The translations under genes and the position numbers were made by a program. DNA of 64,000 nt from a candidate division WWE3 bacterium (GTDB lineage: Bacteria > Patescibacteriota > WWE3 > JAPLWK01), in NCBI GenBank assembly GCA_026396615.1, contig JAPLWK010000010.1, positions 48,348-112,347 of the forward strand, in the 5' to 3' direction. Position 1 is the stretch's first letter. The number at the start of each line of letters is the position of its first letter. This document shows positions 47,495 to 56,749 of this stretch, one piece after another. Below the pieces are notes generated by a model, which worked only from the letters and a program-made list of their open reading frames with translations, was not told the origin of the DNA and made no database searches.

Positions 47495-47988
47495 ATGGCT
47501 AATGATAGTCAATTTAAGTTAAAAACAAAATATATAGGAACTAGAGGCGTTTTTGAATATCGCCAGTCGATTAGTACTTGGATAAAACCTTGGGATAATG
47601 TCCTAGAAATAGGTTGTGAATGGGGCACGACTTCGGTTCTGATACACATGTCTGTAAGAATTTGATTGCGACAGACATTAGCTCTGAGTGCTTGGAAAAG
47701 GCGAGGATAATGTACCCGGAGATCAGATTTGAGGTCTTAGATGCCTTTAATACTAAGGACGCCCTAAAACTTGGAGATAGCTTTACTAAAATTTACATCG
47801 ATATGTCGGGAATTTCCGGTTACCGGTCAGTTTTAGACGCATTAGCGCTTTTAAATAACTACGCGACATTGTTTGAACCAGAGGCAATTATTATCAAGAG
47901 CGGATCGATTAAGAATTTGGCAGCCCATTTGATACCATGGCCGCCTTGTCTTATCCCAAAATTGATCCGCCCCAAATATAGTCAGTGA
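47495..47988 (+). pseudogene. Class I SAM-dependent methyltransferase with a frameshift: the N-terminal 51 codons are in one frame, the rest in ORF 47620..47988
   Basis: Strong SD (AAGGAGGTGA) plus ATG. The product reads ...VLEIGCEWGTTSVLI (motif I) then stops. The next frame continues ...KNLIATDISSECLEKAR (motif II region). Confidence 0.55.
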
Positions 47989-49132
47989 AGCGTGGTGAGT
48001 GGTGGCGGCCAATTAATCTACAATTTGTCAGTCCTGAGTTTTCAGTTAATCGCGAAAGTGTTGGCAGATCGCTTTTAGTTGGCGTTTCTTTGGTTTCCAG
48101 GGCTAACTTGCTATTTAAGATAAAGTCAATTTCATTACCGGTTTTTAAGGCGTAGTACTGCAAGGTTCCGATTTTTGACAGTTGATTAAAGACCGTATTT
48201 TCAAACTGAGCACCGCCGGAAAGCTCGGCTAAACTGTTGGCTAGGCCAGTATCGCAAAAATAAAGTTTTCGAGTTTTAACAATTTCTCTGTCAACGCTCT
48301 TTGTAAAGACTGGAATAGTGCTAATCAGATAAGTCTTTTCAAAAAACGAGATGTAATTACTAACAGTAGGTCTGGAAAGGCCAACTAGTCTCGATAGAGT
48401 ACTGTACTCGATGCGGCTGCCAACCCGGCCCGCGAGTAGCTTGGCTAGCGAATAAAGATTTCGCTCATCGGCAAAATCTGCCAGAGAGCGGATGTCAATG
48501 TTGACGTACGATGACATAATGTCGAGGAGCAGATCCTTCTTCTCACTTTCCGACGACGCTAGGACCACTTGGGGGAAGCCTCCAAAGTGGATATACTCTT
48601 CATAGTAAGAATTCAGACGGTCGTATTCTATTTTATTAAACGGCTTCTTTTGCCAAGCAGTTCCAGAAAATTTTACACCCTTAAATATTAAGAATTCGCC
48701 AAAATCTAGAGTTGATAATTCAAAAATTTTCTTACGACCGGCTAGTGACTCCGAGAAAAGATTCTTGAGATAGTAAGAGCTGGATCCGGTAACGATAAAT
48801 TTAATATTGTGGTGGTCGACCAGATATTTTATGGCGCTGGGGCTATCGGGGGCGAGTTGGATCTCGTCTATGGCCACTATCATTTGTTTGTCTTTTGACA
48901 GACCTTGGGCAATAAAAGCCTCGTAAATAGCTTCGTAATTTTTTTGTTGAAATAATTCTCGAATGTCCGGCCTCTGTAAATCAAGATAAAGTGAGTTTTT
49001 ATTTTTACTATCAGTAAGTAGCTCTTTAACCAACGTCGTCTTCCCTGTCCGACGCATGCCGGTAAGTACAGTTACCAGCGGTGACTTTAAGTGAGCTAAA
49101 AGTTGAGGGTAGATTTTTCTTTGAAAAGTCAT
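47951..49132 (-). CDS. AAA+ ATPase with a DUF4143-type C-terminal domain
   Basis: Walker A GMRRTGKTT, Walker B IVAIDEIQ, and an architecture typical of the COG1373 family. Confidence 0.7.
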   Translation of the reverse strand: MTFQRKIYPQLLAHLKSPLVTVLTGMRRTGKTTLVKELLTDSKNKNSLYLDLQRPDIRELFQQKNYEAIYEAFIAQGLSKDKQMIVAIDEIQLAPDSPSAIKYLVDHHNIKFIVTGSSSYYLKNLFSESLAGRKKIFELSTLDFGEFLIFKGVKFSGTAWQKKPFNKIEYDRLNSYYEEYIHFGGFPQVVLASSESEKKDLLLDIMSSYVNIDIRSLADFADERNLYSLAKLLAGRVGSRIEYSTLSRLVGLSRPTVSNYISFFEKTYLISTIPVFTKSVDREIVKTRKLYFCDTGLANSLAELSGGAQFENTVFNQLSKIGTLQYYALKTGNEIDFILNSKLALETKETPTKSDLPTLSRLTENSGLTNCRLIGRHHSPRFTDYIWGGSILG

Positions 49133-49187
49133 ATGTAACTATTACTTTACAAATAGTTATACTTTCTGTCAAGTTGGACTTGCAGGC

Positions 49188-49775
49188 CTAATTTAGGCTG
49201 TAGGTAGGATCATTAATGACGAGGCCTTTGCTTGATGGCGGCCAGAGACGAAGCATTGCTCTGCCTACCATGAACTTCATGTCGACTAGTCCCCATTCGC
49301 GGCTATCGCTGCTCACTTCGCGATTATCTCCAAAGACCAAATAATTGTCGGCGGGAACAGTGTAGGGAGTTTCGTTTGGTAAGAAGGCCCTGCCAAAAGT
49401 AATTACTTCTTTAGGAATATAAGGCTCTGGCATCTGGACCCAACCGGATGCCTCTTTTATAAAAACTTTTCCGTCACTAATTTTAAGAGTGTCACCAGGT
49501 AGCCCAATCACTCTTTTTATGTACTCATACTCTGGCGCTTTGGGGTATTTAATAATGACTACCTCACCGCGCACCGGCTTTCTAAAAAGCAAGTAGGTCA
49601 GTTTGTCTGTAAGAACGTATTCTTTGTCAGTAAAATTGGGGAGCATGGAATCGCCAATTACTTGATGTGTCTGGAAGACGAAAATGTAGGAGATTACAAA
49701 AATAGTGAGGGAAATGACGATTATTTCAAGCACATCAAGCAGTAAACTACCAATATTGTGAACCAATTCGGTCAT
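49188..49775 (-). CDS. lepB: Signal peptidase I
   Basis: N-terminal TM, catalytic Ser in GDSMLP, RVIGLPGDT, GDNREVSSDSREWG boxes. Confidence 0.8.
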   Translation of the reverse strand: MTELVHNIGSLLLDVLEIIVISLTIFVISYIFVFQTHQVIGDSMLPNFTDKEYVLTDKLTYLLFRKPVRGEVVIIKYPKAPEYEYIKRVIGLPGDTLKISDGKVFIKEASGWVQMPEPYIPKEVITFGRAFLPNETPYTVPADNYLVFGDNREVSSDSREWGLVDMKFMVGRAMLRLWPPSSKGLVINDPTYSLN

Positions 49776-49812
49776 AAAGAGTATCTTAGCTTATTCTAGT
49801 CTAATAATAAAT

Positions 49813-49844
49813 AATGACCTGTTTACTTGTATAAGCAGGTCATT
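49813..49844 (-). terminator. Hairpin AATGACCTG-N14-CAGGTCATT followed by a T-rich run on the minus strand, between the ASCH gene and lepB
   Basis: Perfect 9-bp stem read directly. A T-rich tract follows on the minus strand. Confidence 0.45.
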
Positions 49845-49849
49845 GTTGT

Positions 49850-50191
49850 TTATTCAACCAACTTAATTTCAATTGCCAATACACCCCACTTCTTTTCGTC
49901 GTCCTCCGAATAATATTTACGCATATCACTGGCAGCTTGTTCTGGTGTCGTGTCACTTGACCAACCAGCAAGCTTTGGACAAACTTTCTCAAATAACTCG
50001 ACGAAGTTGCTGGCGATTGTTAAATTGATAACGGCTACCTCTAGAACCTCGTCACCACAGGTAAATCGAATGCGGTCTCCCGGTTTTATTAATCTCCTCT
50101 TCTCATCATTTAATCTAATCTCTTGTGTCTTTAGCCTGTTCAGGATTTCCTGAAACGCTTCGGGGTTTAGTTTCATGTCGAAAGTGTTCAT
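49850..50191 (-). CDS. ASCH-domain protein
   Basis: LKTQEIRLNDEKRRLIKPGDRIRF matches the ASCH core. The longer ORF start (50239) would overlap tRNA-Val, so the start is taken at MNTF. Confidence 0.6.
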   Translation of the reverse strand: MNTFDMKLNPEAFQEILNRLKTQEIRLNDEKRRLIKPGDRIRFTCGDEVLEVAVINLTIASNFVELFEKVCPKLAGWSSDTTPEQAASDMRKYYSEDDEKKWGVLAIEIKLVE

Positions 50192-50200
50192 ATTATCTCC

Positions 50201-50277
50201 TGGTGGACCCGAGTGGACTCGAACCACTGACCTTTGCAATGTGAATGCAACGCTCTAACCAACTGAGCTACGGATCC
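50201..50277 (-). tRNA. tRNA-Val (anticodon CAC)
   Basis: Manual fold of the reverse complement GGATCCGTAGCTCAGTTGGTTAGAGCGTTGCATTCACATTGCAAAGGTCAGTGGTTCGAGTCCACTCGGGTCCACCA. 7-bp acceptor, canonical D and T arms, encoded CCA. Confidence 0.85.
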
Positions 50278-50338
50278 AAGGCGCCTTCATTTTATCACAC
50301 GGATCTAGTACAATGAGTGACGGTTAGGCAATAAACAT

Positions 50339-50977
50339 ATGTCCCTTCCAAAAACTTACGCTTTCATTGATGCATCAAACTTGTTTTACGGAGGTGAGAA
50401 GAGTTTGGGTTGGAAAATAGACTATCTAAAGTTATTAAAATATCTGAAAGATAAATACAATGTTTCACAGATTTATTATTTTGGTGGTGTTGAGACATAC
50501 GAATATAAACACGATTATTTAAGGCACTATACAGTTCCCTTGACTGACTTAGAAAAAGATTTAGTCGGTTTTATAAAAAAGGAAGGAAAACATTTAGATG
50601 AAGCAAAGCTACTTCTGATCTCAAAACATCTTCAAAGGATTAGATTTTATCTAAAGCTCCAAAAATTTGGCTATAAATTGTTTCTAAAACCGGTTAAAAC
50701 ATACCATAGTGATGATGGTTCTACTCAACGAAAAGCCAATTGTGACGTAGAAATGGCCTTTTATTTGATGAAAGAGAAAGATGATTATAAAAGAGTTTTA
50801 GTGTTATCGGGTGATGGTGATTTTCTACCAGTTCTTAAATACCTGCGAGAGCAGAAGAAGGAGGTAATTATTTTGGCTCGTGGGCCTCGGACTGCCCGTG
50901 AAATCCGCCAATTTGCCGGTAGTAACTTTAGGGATTTTGTGAGATTAGAAAATGAAATAAAGTTTGAGAGAAAATAA
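50339..50977 (+). CDS. NYN-domain (LabA-like, PIN-related) protein
   Basis: AFIDASNLFYGG ... VLVLSGDGDFLPVL pattern of NYN/LabA nucleases. Confidence 0.7.
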   Translation: MSLPKTYAFIDASNLFYGGEKSLGWKIDYLKLLKYLKDKYNVSQIYYFGGVETYEYKHDYLRHYTVPLTDLEKDLVGFIKKEGKHLDEAKLLLISKHLQRIRFYLKLQKFGYKLFLKPVKTYHSDDGSTQRKANCDVEMAFYLMKEKDDYKRVLVLSGDGDFLPVLKYLREQKKEVIILARGPRTAREIRQFAGSNFRDFVRLENEIKFERK

Positions 50978-51181
50978 AAAAGAAGCGGACATACGAGATA
51001 TCCGCCTCATGTTTAGTATCTCCATTATATCAAGATTTGGATAACAAATCAAATACGGCTTATTTATGGCAATACAGCGTGATAGAAAAATTGATATACG
51101 ATTAAGACTTATCATCATCAAAGACGGCTTTCCTCGTCAGGGTATTTATTTATCTAATTTAGGTTAGATTTATTAAGTTTG

Positions 51182-51210
51182 CCGGATTCCGGCTCAGGGG
51201 CCGGAATGAC
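51182..51210. repeat. Palindromic hairpin repeat, copy 3 (CCGGATTCCGGCTCAGGGGCCGGAATGAC)
   Basis: Shares the CTGGATTCCGG...CCGGAATGACG arms with the two copies at 63065..63180. Confidence 0.5.
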
Positions 51211-51221
51211 TAAATTTCTAT

Positions 51222-52328
51222 ATGGCTTACTTAAAAAACGCACAAGTGAATGGTAAAGAAATGATTTTTCCGACGTTTTTTCCGGACGCCACGCGGGCGG
51301 TGGTGCGGAGTTGTGATTCCCTTGATCTTTTATCATCTCATGTTGAAGGCTTGATTGTTAACACTTACCACCTTATGACGGAGCCGGGGACGTCGGTTTT
51401 AGAGGAAGCCGGTGGGGTCAAAAAGTTCATGAACTGGCCGGGATTTATAATTTCCGATTCCGGTGGCTTTCAACTGCTTTCCATGATTTACAAAAACAAG
51501 TCACTAGGGACTATTTCCGATAACGGCGTTGTTTTTCACCAAAGCTCTTCCGGTCAAAAAAAGAAATACGAATTTACTCCCGAAAAGTCGATTCAAGTTC
51601 AGTTTGCGATTGGAGCCGACATCATGATTTGCCTCGATGATTGCCCATCGGCCAAAGCCAAACCGGACGAAGTAAAATTAAGTGTTGATCGGACTTTAGC
51701 CTGGGCGAGGCGCTGTAAAGATGAATTTGAGCGTCAACTTGAGTTGCATCATTTCACTGCCGATAAACGTCCACTGCTTTTTGGGGTCGTCCAAGGAGCG
51801 CACGACAAGAAAGAACGAGAGCGGTGTGCCGAGGGTCTAATCGAAATTGGCTTTGATGGCTATGGCTTTGGCGGCTGGCCGCTGGATGAGCTGCACGAGG
51901 TCAACTTCGAAATTTTAGAGTTTACAGCATCGTTAATGCCGGACGATAAGCCCAAATACGCTCTGGGACTCGGGAGTCCTTCCGACATCGCACGCCTTGT
52001 TGGTTTCGGCTATCAAATTTTTGACTGCGTATTGCCTACTCGCGATGCTCGTCACGAAAGGCTTTATGTCTTTAAAACAGATCCCGCCGGTCAAAATTTA
52101 TTAGAAAATCCTGATTGTACTAAGTACGTCCAAATTGGGCGGGAGGAGTATTTTAGGGATAGACAACCGATTAGTGAATTTTGTGATTGTGTGGCTTGCC
52201 AGAACTATTCTAAGTCTTATATCCAACATTTATTTAGGTTAGAAGAGTTTACTGCTGGAAGACTGGCAACGATTCACAATTTACGAACGTACACTAAACT
52301 CATCGAGAACTTGAGGCGGGTTGTTTAG
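51222..52328 (+). CDS. tgt: Queuine tRNA-ribosyltransferase
   Basis: VVQGAHDKKERERC, DGYGFGGWP, Zn site CDCVACQNYSKSYIQHLF. 368 aa. Confidence 0.85.
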   Translation: MAYLKNAQVNGKEMIFPTFFPDATRAVVRSCDSLDLLSSHVEGLIVNTYHLMTEPGTSVLEEAGGVKKFMNWPGFIISDSGGFQLLSMIYKNKSLGTISDNGVVFHQSSSGQKKKYEFTPEKSIQVQFAIGADIMICLDDCPSAKAKPDEVKLSVDRTLAWARRCKDEFERQLELHHFTADKRPLLFGVVQGAHDKKERERCAEGLIEIGFDGYGFGGWPLDELHEVNFEILEFTASLMPDDKPKYALGLGSPSDIARLVGFGYQIFDCVLPTRDARHERLYVFKTDPAGQNLLENPDCTKYVQIGREEYFRDRQPISEFCDCVACQNYSKSYIQHLFRLEEFTAGRLATIHNLRTYTKLIENLRRVV

Positions 52329-52926
52329 CAATCATTACGAATATCTTCGTCTCTTGAGGTAACGTCACAACATTTAGGTTCGGATTAGCTTTAGTAAAAG
52401 CGTCGACGACCTCTACTTCGGACAGGCCTTTTTGGGTGATTAGCCAACCGTTTTTGTTTAGTAAAAACAGATTTGGGCTTACAAGGCGCTCCAAAGGGGC
52501 TACAGCGCGGGCAGTGGCAATATCGAACGTCCCCCAGTATCTTTCATCTTTAACTAAGTCCTCGCTTCTGGCGTTAACCACATCAACATTGACTAAATTT
52601 AACCTTTTAACTATTTCGTTTAGAAACAAACATTTTTTACCAACCGATTCCACCAGCGTTACCTTTAAATAAGGGTAAACAATGTTTAGAGGAATTCCCG
52701 GGAAGCCGGCGCCGCTACCTATGTCTAGAATTTTTAATGGTTGGTTAATATTTAGACCGCACTCTTTAATTGCGGTGGCAAATGAAAGCGAATCTTCAAA
52801 ATGTTTGCGGTCAATTTCAGCTGGATCCGTAACTGCCGTCAAATTAAACTTCTGATTCCACGCAATTAATAGTTGCTTGTAGGTAAAAAATTTATCTTGT
52901 TGTGAGGTTGTTAATTTATTTAGCAT
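52300..52926 (-). CDS. rsmG: 16S rRNA (guanine527-N7)-methyltransferase
   Basis: ILDIGSGAGFPGIPL SAM motif and GidB-like length. TGA stop. Confidence 0.85.
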   Translation of the reverse strand: MLNKLTTSQQDKFFTYKQLLIAWNQKFNLTAVTDPAEIDRKHFEDSLSFATAIKECGLNINQPLKILDIGSGAGFPGIPLNIVYPYLKVTLVESVGKKCLFLNEIVKRLNLVNVDVVNARSEDLVKDERYWGTFDIATARAVAPLERLVSPNLFLLNKNGWLITQKGLSEVEVVDAFTKANPNLNVVTLPQETKIFVMIAKQPASSSR

Positions 52927-52937
52927 TTGCCTATTTT

Positions 52938-54194
52938 CTAAAGGTTAAACTTTGCTAATTCGATAGGGTCGAAACTTTTAGCGGCGTTAACGAATATTCC
53001 TGGATCAAGTTTAGCCCTTTGGGGGTAACGAAAGGTGAAATCTAGAGTATACAAAGTAGCTTCGATCACAAAACTAATCAAAACCAAGCTACTAAGTACC
53101 TTATTGCCTTGTGTTTTAAGGTAACATATGCCATAGACCATAATAATAATTATAAAAGGTAAAATATTAGCAATTCGTAATAAATGTGGCTGGTTATCAA
53201 AAGTTAGAATCGAGGCAACGGGGGAAATTAAAGTAGCTAGAATAATGAAGATTGCCCAGCGATCTTTCACAAGACACTTTTTAATGAGAACTGTTATTCC
53301 TAAGATTAGAAATGGAATAGTACTAATCAAAAGTAAGCCTCTAAATTGTGAAGAGAAGAGTAGGTCGCGACTGCCACTGATGAATAAAAATTGGGGTGAC
53401 AGAATTTTTAAAATATTATCTAAAAGTGATTGTAGCATATTAGGTCTAGACAAAATTGAGATTTGGCTAAGCCGATTTAGAACGATCGCCATATTTTGTG
53501 AAGCACTCACGATAAAAGGAATTACTGTGATGATAAAAACTGCCGACGTAAATATTCGATCACGATTGTTTTTAATAATAATGATTACTGCTAGCCCACA
53601 ATAAAGCCAAGCTAGTAAACGTGCTGTTGGGTAGGAGTAGACAGTTAATCCCCAGATAAACCCAGATGCTACAATGAGCGCTTCTTTTTTTGAATTTAAT
53701 AGAAGTAAAGCTAAGGCTATTAGAGTAGGGAAAACCACAACCTCGAAACCAAGATGACTAAGACTAACTAACCCTGGAGTAAAAAGTACTAAAATTCCAG
53801 CAAGTAGGCTGACTTTTATTTCCTTAAATATTTTAAATGCTAGTAAGGTCATAACTACCGCTAATCCGATTCCCCAGAGGGCGGATTCAAGCCGAATCGT
53901 CTGGAGGCTCAGCCCGAATATTTTTATTAGTGGTACCAGTAAATATATGAAAATTGGACTTTTGTATTCGCCGAAAGCTTTAAAGAAGATTGGAAAGCGT
54001 ACGCCCCATTGATCAGAGCCGGTTCTTAGTATATCGCCAGCGTTCATCCCAATTGAGGCCTCATCGGCTGTTAACACCGGGGGAATATTCCAAGTTTGAA
54101 GTCTGAAATAAATCCCAAGGACAAAAATTACTAGCAGCAAGCCGGTTGTCAGTTTTGACTGTAAAGACTCCATAGCTCTGCTATTATATATCAT
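52938..54194 (-). CDS. ArnT/PMT-like GT-C membrane glycosyltransferase-like protein
   Basis: TADEASIGMNAGD first-loop DE motif. Polytopic. Its start abuts the divergent Wzx start, so the true start may be the internal MESLQ. Confidence 0.55.
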   Translation of the reverse strand: MIYNSRAMESLQSKLTTGLLLVIFVLGIYFRLQTWNIPPVLTADEASIGMNAGDILRTGSDQWGVRFPIFFKAFGEYKSPIFIYLLVPLIKIFGLSLQTIRLESALWGIGLAVVMTLLAFKIFKEIKVSLLAGILVLFTPGLVSLSHLGFEVVVFPTLIALALLLLNSKKEALIVASGFIWGLTVYSYPTARLLAWLYCGLAVIIIIKNNRDRIFTSAVFIITVIPFIVSASQNMAIVLNRLSQISILSRPNMLQSLLDNILKILSPQFLFISGSRDLLFSSQFRGLLLISTIPFLILGITVLIKKCLVKDRWAIFIILATLISPVASILTFDNQPHLLRIANILPFIIIIMVYGICYLKTQGNKVLSSLVLISFVIEATLYTLDFTFRYPQRAKLDPGIFVNAAKSFDPIELAKFNL

Positions 54195-55631
54195 GTGGCT
54201 TCATCAACGAACAAAGTGGTTGCCAACACTTTCTACCAAATATTCGGGCGACTGTTTTCTGCAGCCGAAACCCTGGTGGCGACTTATTTTTTAGCGCGGG
54301 CTTTAGGCACTTCGGGCTACGGCGATCTTACTATTATTCTCACTTTTACCGGAATTTTTAGCGTCATTTCGGACTTTGGAATCAATGTAATCATTGTTCG
54401 GGAGTGGTCCCTCGAAGCGCTTCGGATTAAAAAGGAGTTTACCCAATTAGTGGTTTTTAGGGTCGTTCTAGCTTTGTTTTTGACAGTTCTAGCATCCGTT
54501 GTTGTTCTCGTGCTTAGTCACTTTTCTTCAGCTTACAATCCGCTGGTCGTTAAAGGGATTTTAGTGGGATTACTTCTCGTCACCGGGCAGTCTCTTTATT
54601 ACTCCTGCACTGCGATTTTTCAAACCACTTTTTCCTATGTTAAATCTTTTTTAGCCAGTATCTGGGGGAATCTGGGGGCGTTAGTTCTGATCATCGTCGG
54701 CATAGTTTTGCACGTCACGTTCTTAAAGTTAGTCTTGCTGCTCGTCGTCGGGTCGTTGCTGCCGACTGCGATCTCGCTCTTTTATGTTAGAACGTATTTC
54801 GACTTCACTGGTTTTAAGCTCGACCTTAAATTCTGGAAAAGAATCTTTATCGCGTCGCTACCAACCGGGCTGGGACTAATCATCAACACTTTATATACTT
54901 CCGCGGATCGGGTTATGTTGTCGCTCCTGTCGACCACGACGGCGATTGGGTTGTATGGGCTGTCTTATAAAATATTTGAAAATATCCTAGTCATTCCGAA
55001 CTTTTTTATGAATGCCAGTTACCCGGTTGTCGTCGCTCATCGAGCCGAATCTGCTGACCGGGTCAGCGTTACCGTTCAGAAGCTTTTCGATGCTTTATGC
55101 TTGGCGGTTTTTCCAATTGTGACTTTGGGGGTGATTCTCTCGGTTCCGATTCTTAATCTAATTGGAGGAGCAAAGTTCGTGGTCGGGGCGCCGGTCTTAG
55201 TCCTACTGTTTTTAGGACTTCCCATTTATTTTATTTCACCACTTTTTAGGTGGCTGATCATCGTCGAGAAGAAAGAGTGGTGGCTGCCATTTATTTACGC
55301 TGGTGGTCTTATTAGCAACGTCCTTTTGAATTTATATTTGATTCGACGTTTTGACATCTTAGGCGCCGCTCTGGCGAACGCCATTTCTGAGCTATTAGTA
55401 CTGGTTATAATTTTTATAGTTCTTAGAAGAGCGTTGAATTTAAAGTTACGTTTCAATTATTTAGTGATTGCGGTTTTGGGATCATTATTTATGGCGCCGT
55501 TTGTGAATCTTTTTAAAGATTGGTATTTCGTGGGTCCGATCATACTTGGCGGCATTGCTTACTTTTTAGCCGTCTATCTACTTACGCGTGGTCAGGTTTT
55601 AAAAAGTCTGCGTCAACTAATTTCCAAATGA
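54195..55631 (+). CDS. Wzx-like polysaccharide flippase (MOP superfamily)
   Basis: GTG start. N-terminus NKVVANTFYQIFGRLFSAAETLVATYFLARALG typical of Wzx/RfbX. 14 TM. Confidence 0.6.
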   Translation: MASSTNKVVANTFYQIFGRLFSAAETLVATYFLARALGTSGYGDLTIILTFTGIFSVISDFGINVIIVREWSLEALRIKKEFTQLVVFRVVLALFLTVLASVVVLVLSHFSSAYNPLVVKGILVGLLLVTGQSLYYSCTAIFQTTFSYVKSFLASIWGNLGALVLIIVGIVLHVTFLKLVLLLVVGSLLPTAISLFYVRTYFDFTGFKLDLKFWKRIFIASLPTGLGLIINTLYTSADRVMLSLLSTTTAIGLYGLSYKIFENILVIPNFFMNASYPVVVAHRAESADRVSVTVQKLFDALCLAVFPIVTLGVILSVPILNLIGGAKFVVGAPVLVLLFLGLPIYFISPLFRWLIIVEKKEWWLPFIYAGGLISNVLLNLYLIRRFDILGAALANAISELLVLVIIFIVLRRALNLKLRFNYLVIAVLGSLFMAPFVNLFKDWYFVGPIILGGIAYFLAVYLLTRGQVLKSLRQLISK

Positions 55632-56746
55632 AGATTTTATTTGTTAACCCATTTTACAAACCATATTTAGGGGGGATTGAAAGGGTGATCGAAAAGCTGG
55701 GGGCTGAGTATCTAAAGCTTGGATATGAGGTTGCGGTGCTTACTACTAAGTATAGCTTCCCATATGAATACCATGGTAATTGGCTTGGGGTGGTTAGGGA
55801 GGTAGGGGTTGTAAGGGATGTAAATATTTATCGGTTGGAATCGGGGCCGCAGCGGGCTCCGAGGTTCTACCAGGCACCTTTGGTTTGGTTCTCACCTCTA
55901 GAAATTAGAAAAATCGTTAATGAATTTATGCCGGATATTGTCATCTTCATGGGGGATAAGTGGTTTTGCGGAAACTTTTGGGTTCGAATATTTACTCCGA
56001 AATCTCGTCACATTTGGTCGGTGGTGTGGCATGATTTAAGCTGGAAAAAGCTGTGGCTAAAAGCTATTAATTATGTTTTTGGAAAGATGGTTGATCAGGT
56101 CGTAGTCGCGACTAATCTTGAGAAAGAGAAAGTTAGGTTGGCTTACGGAATCGTCAACTCACATTTAAAGGTTGTACCTTGGGGTGTTGAGAAGACGGTT
56201 AAACTAAATCCAAAAGTTACGAAAGATTATTTGCAAATATTATGTGTTGGTCGCTTATCACATCATAAGGGTCAGCATTGGCTTGTAAATAGATTTATTG
56301 AGGCTTCCCCAGAATTTAAGCAGCCGGTCAAACTGTGGTTAATTGGTCAAGCGGAGGATAGCACATTCGATGAGATTAAAGAATTAGTTAAGGGGCGTTC
56401 AGACGTCGAAGCTATTTTGACAGCGTCAGACGAAGAACTGGAAAAGTTTTATGGCGAAAGTGATATCTTTGCGTTGTTTCCAGAATACGAATCTTTTGGT
56501 TTAGTATTTCTGGAGGCGCAGAGTTACGGTTTACCGGTGTTGACGCATAAAGTGGGGGCAATAGGGGAAGTCTTAGTGGAATCAGCGGTCATCACTGAGG
56601 CTTATGATAAAGCTTCGGCGACGCAAGAACTGGTAAAATTGGTTAACGATCGGGAATATCGTGAAGAGTACGCAAAGCGGTCACAAGAGCATTTTAGGTC
56701 ATCTTTATCATGGAATGATGTGGCTCGTAAGTTTTTAGAAATTTAG
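55628..56746 (+). CDS. Glycosyltransferase family 1 (GT4-like)
   Basis: Start taken at MKILFVNPF (ATGA overlap with the Wzx stop). C-terminal motif YESFGLVFLEAQSYGLPVLTHKVGAIGEV. Confidence 0.75.
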   Translation: MKILFVNPFYKPYLGGIERVIEKLGAEYLKLGYEVAVLTTKYSFPYEYHGNWLGVVREVGVVRDVNIYRLESGPQRAPRFYQAPLVWFSPLEIRKIVNEFMPDIVIFMGDKWFCGNFWVRIFTPKSRHIWSVVWHDLSWKKLWLKAINYVFGKMVDQVVVATNLEKEKVRLAYGIVNSHLKVVPWGVEKTVKLNPKVTKDYLQILCVGRLSHHKGQHWLVNRFIEASPEFKQPVKLWLIGQAEDSTFDEIKELVKGRSDVEAILTASDEELEKFYGESDIFALFPEYESFGLVFLEAQSYGLPVLTHKVGAIGEVLVESAVITEAYDKASATQELVKLVNDREYREEYAKRSQEHFRSSLSWNDVARKFLEI

Positions 56747-56749
56747 ATT

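Noticed and set aside
47400-48000. Exact coordinates in this stretch
   Set aside because: My manual base counting disagreed by 1 nt with the supplied ORF track here. ORF-track coordinates are used for CDSs, and hand-derived features (terminator, methyltransferase N-terminal piece) should be taken as +-2 nt.
50978-51221. Possible small RNA or terminator in the 240-nt NYN-tgt spacer: imperfect hairpin GAAGCGGACAT-ACGAG-ATATCCGCCTC right after the NYN stop
   Set aside because: The stem has two mismatches and no clear U-tract. It is not supported enough to list as a feature beyond the repeat copy at 51182.
54173-54197. Back-to-back divergent starts (minus ATG at 54194, plus GTG at 54195) leave zero intergenic space
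   Set aside because: Probably the minus-strand gene really starts at the internal Met (MESLQ, about 54173). Not treated as a biological oddity.
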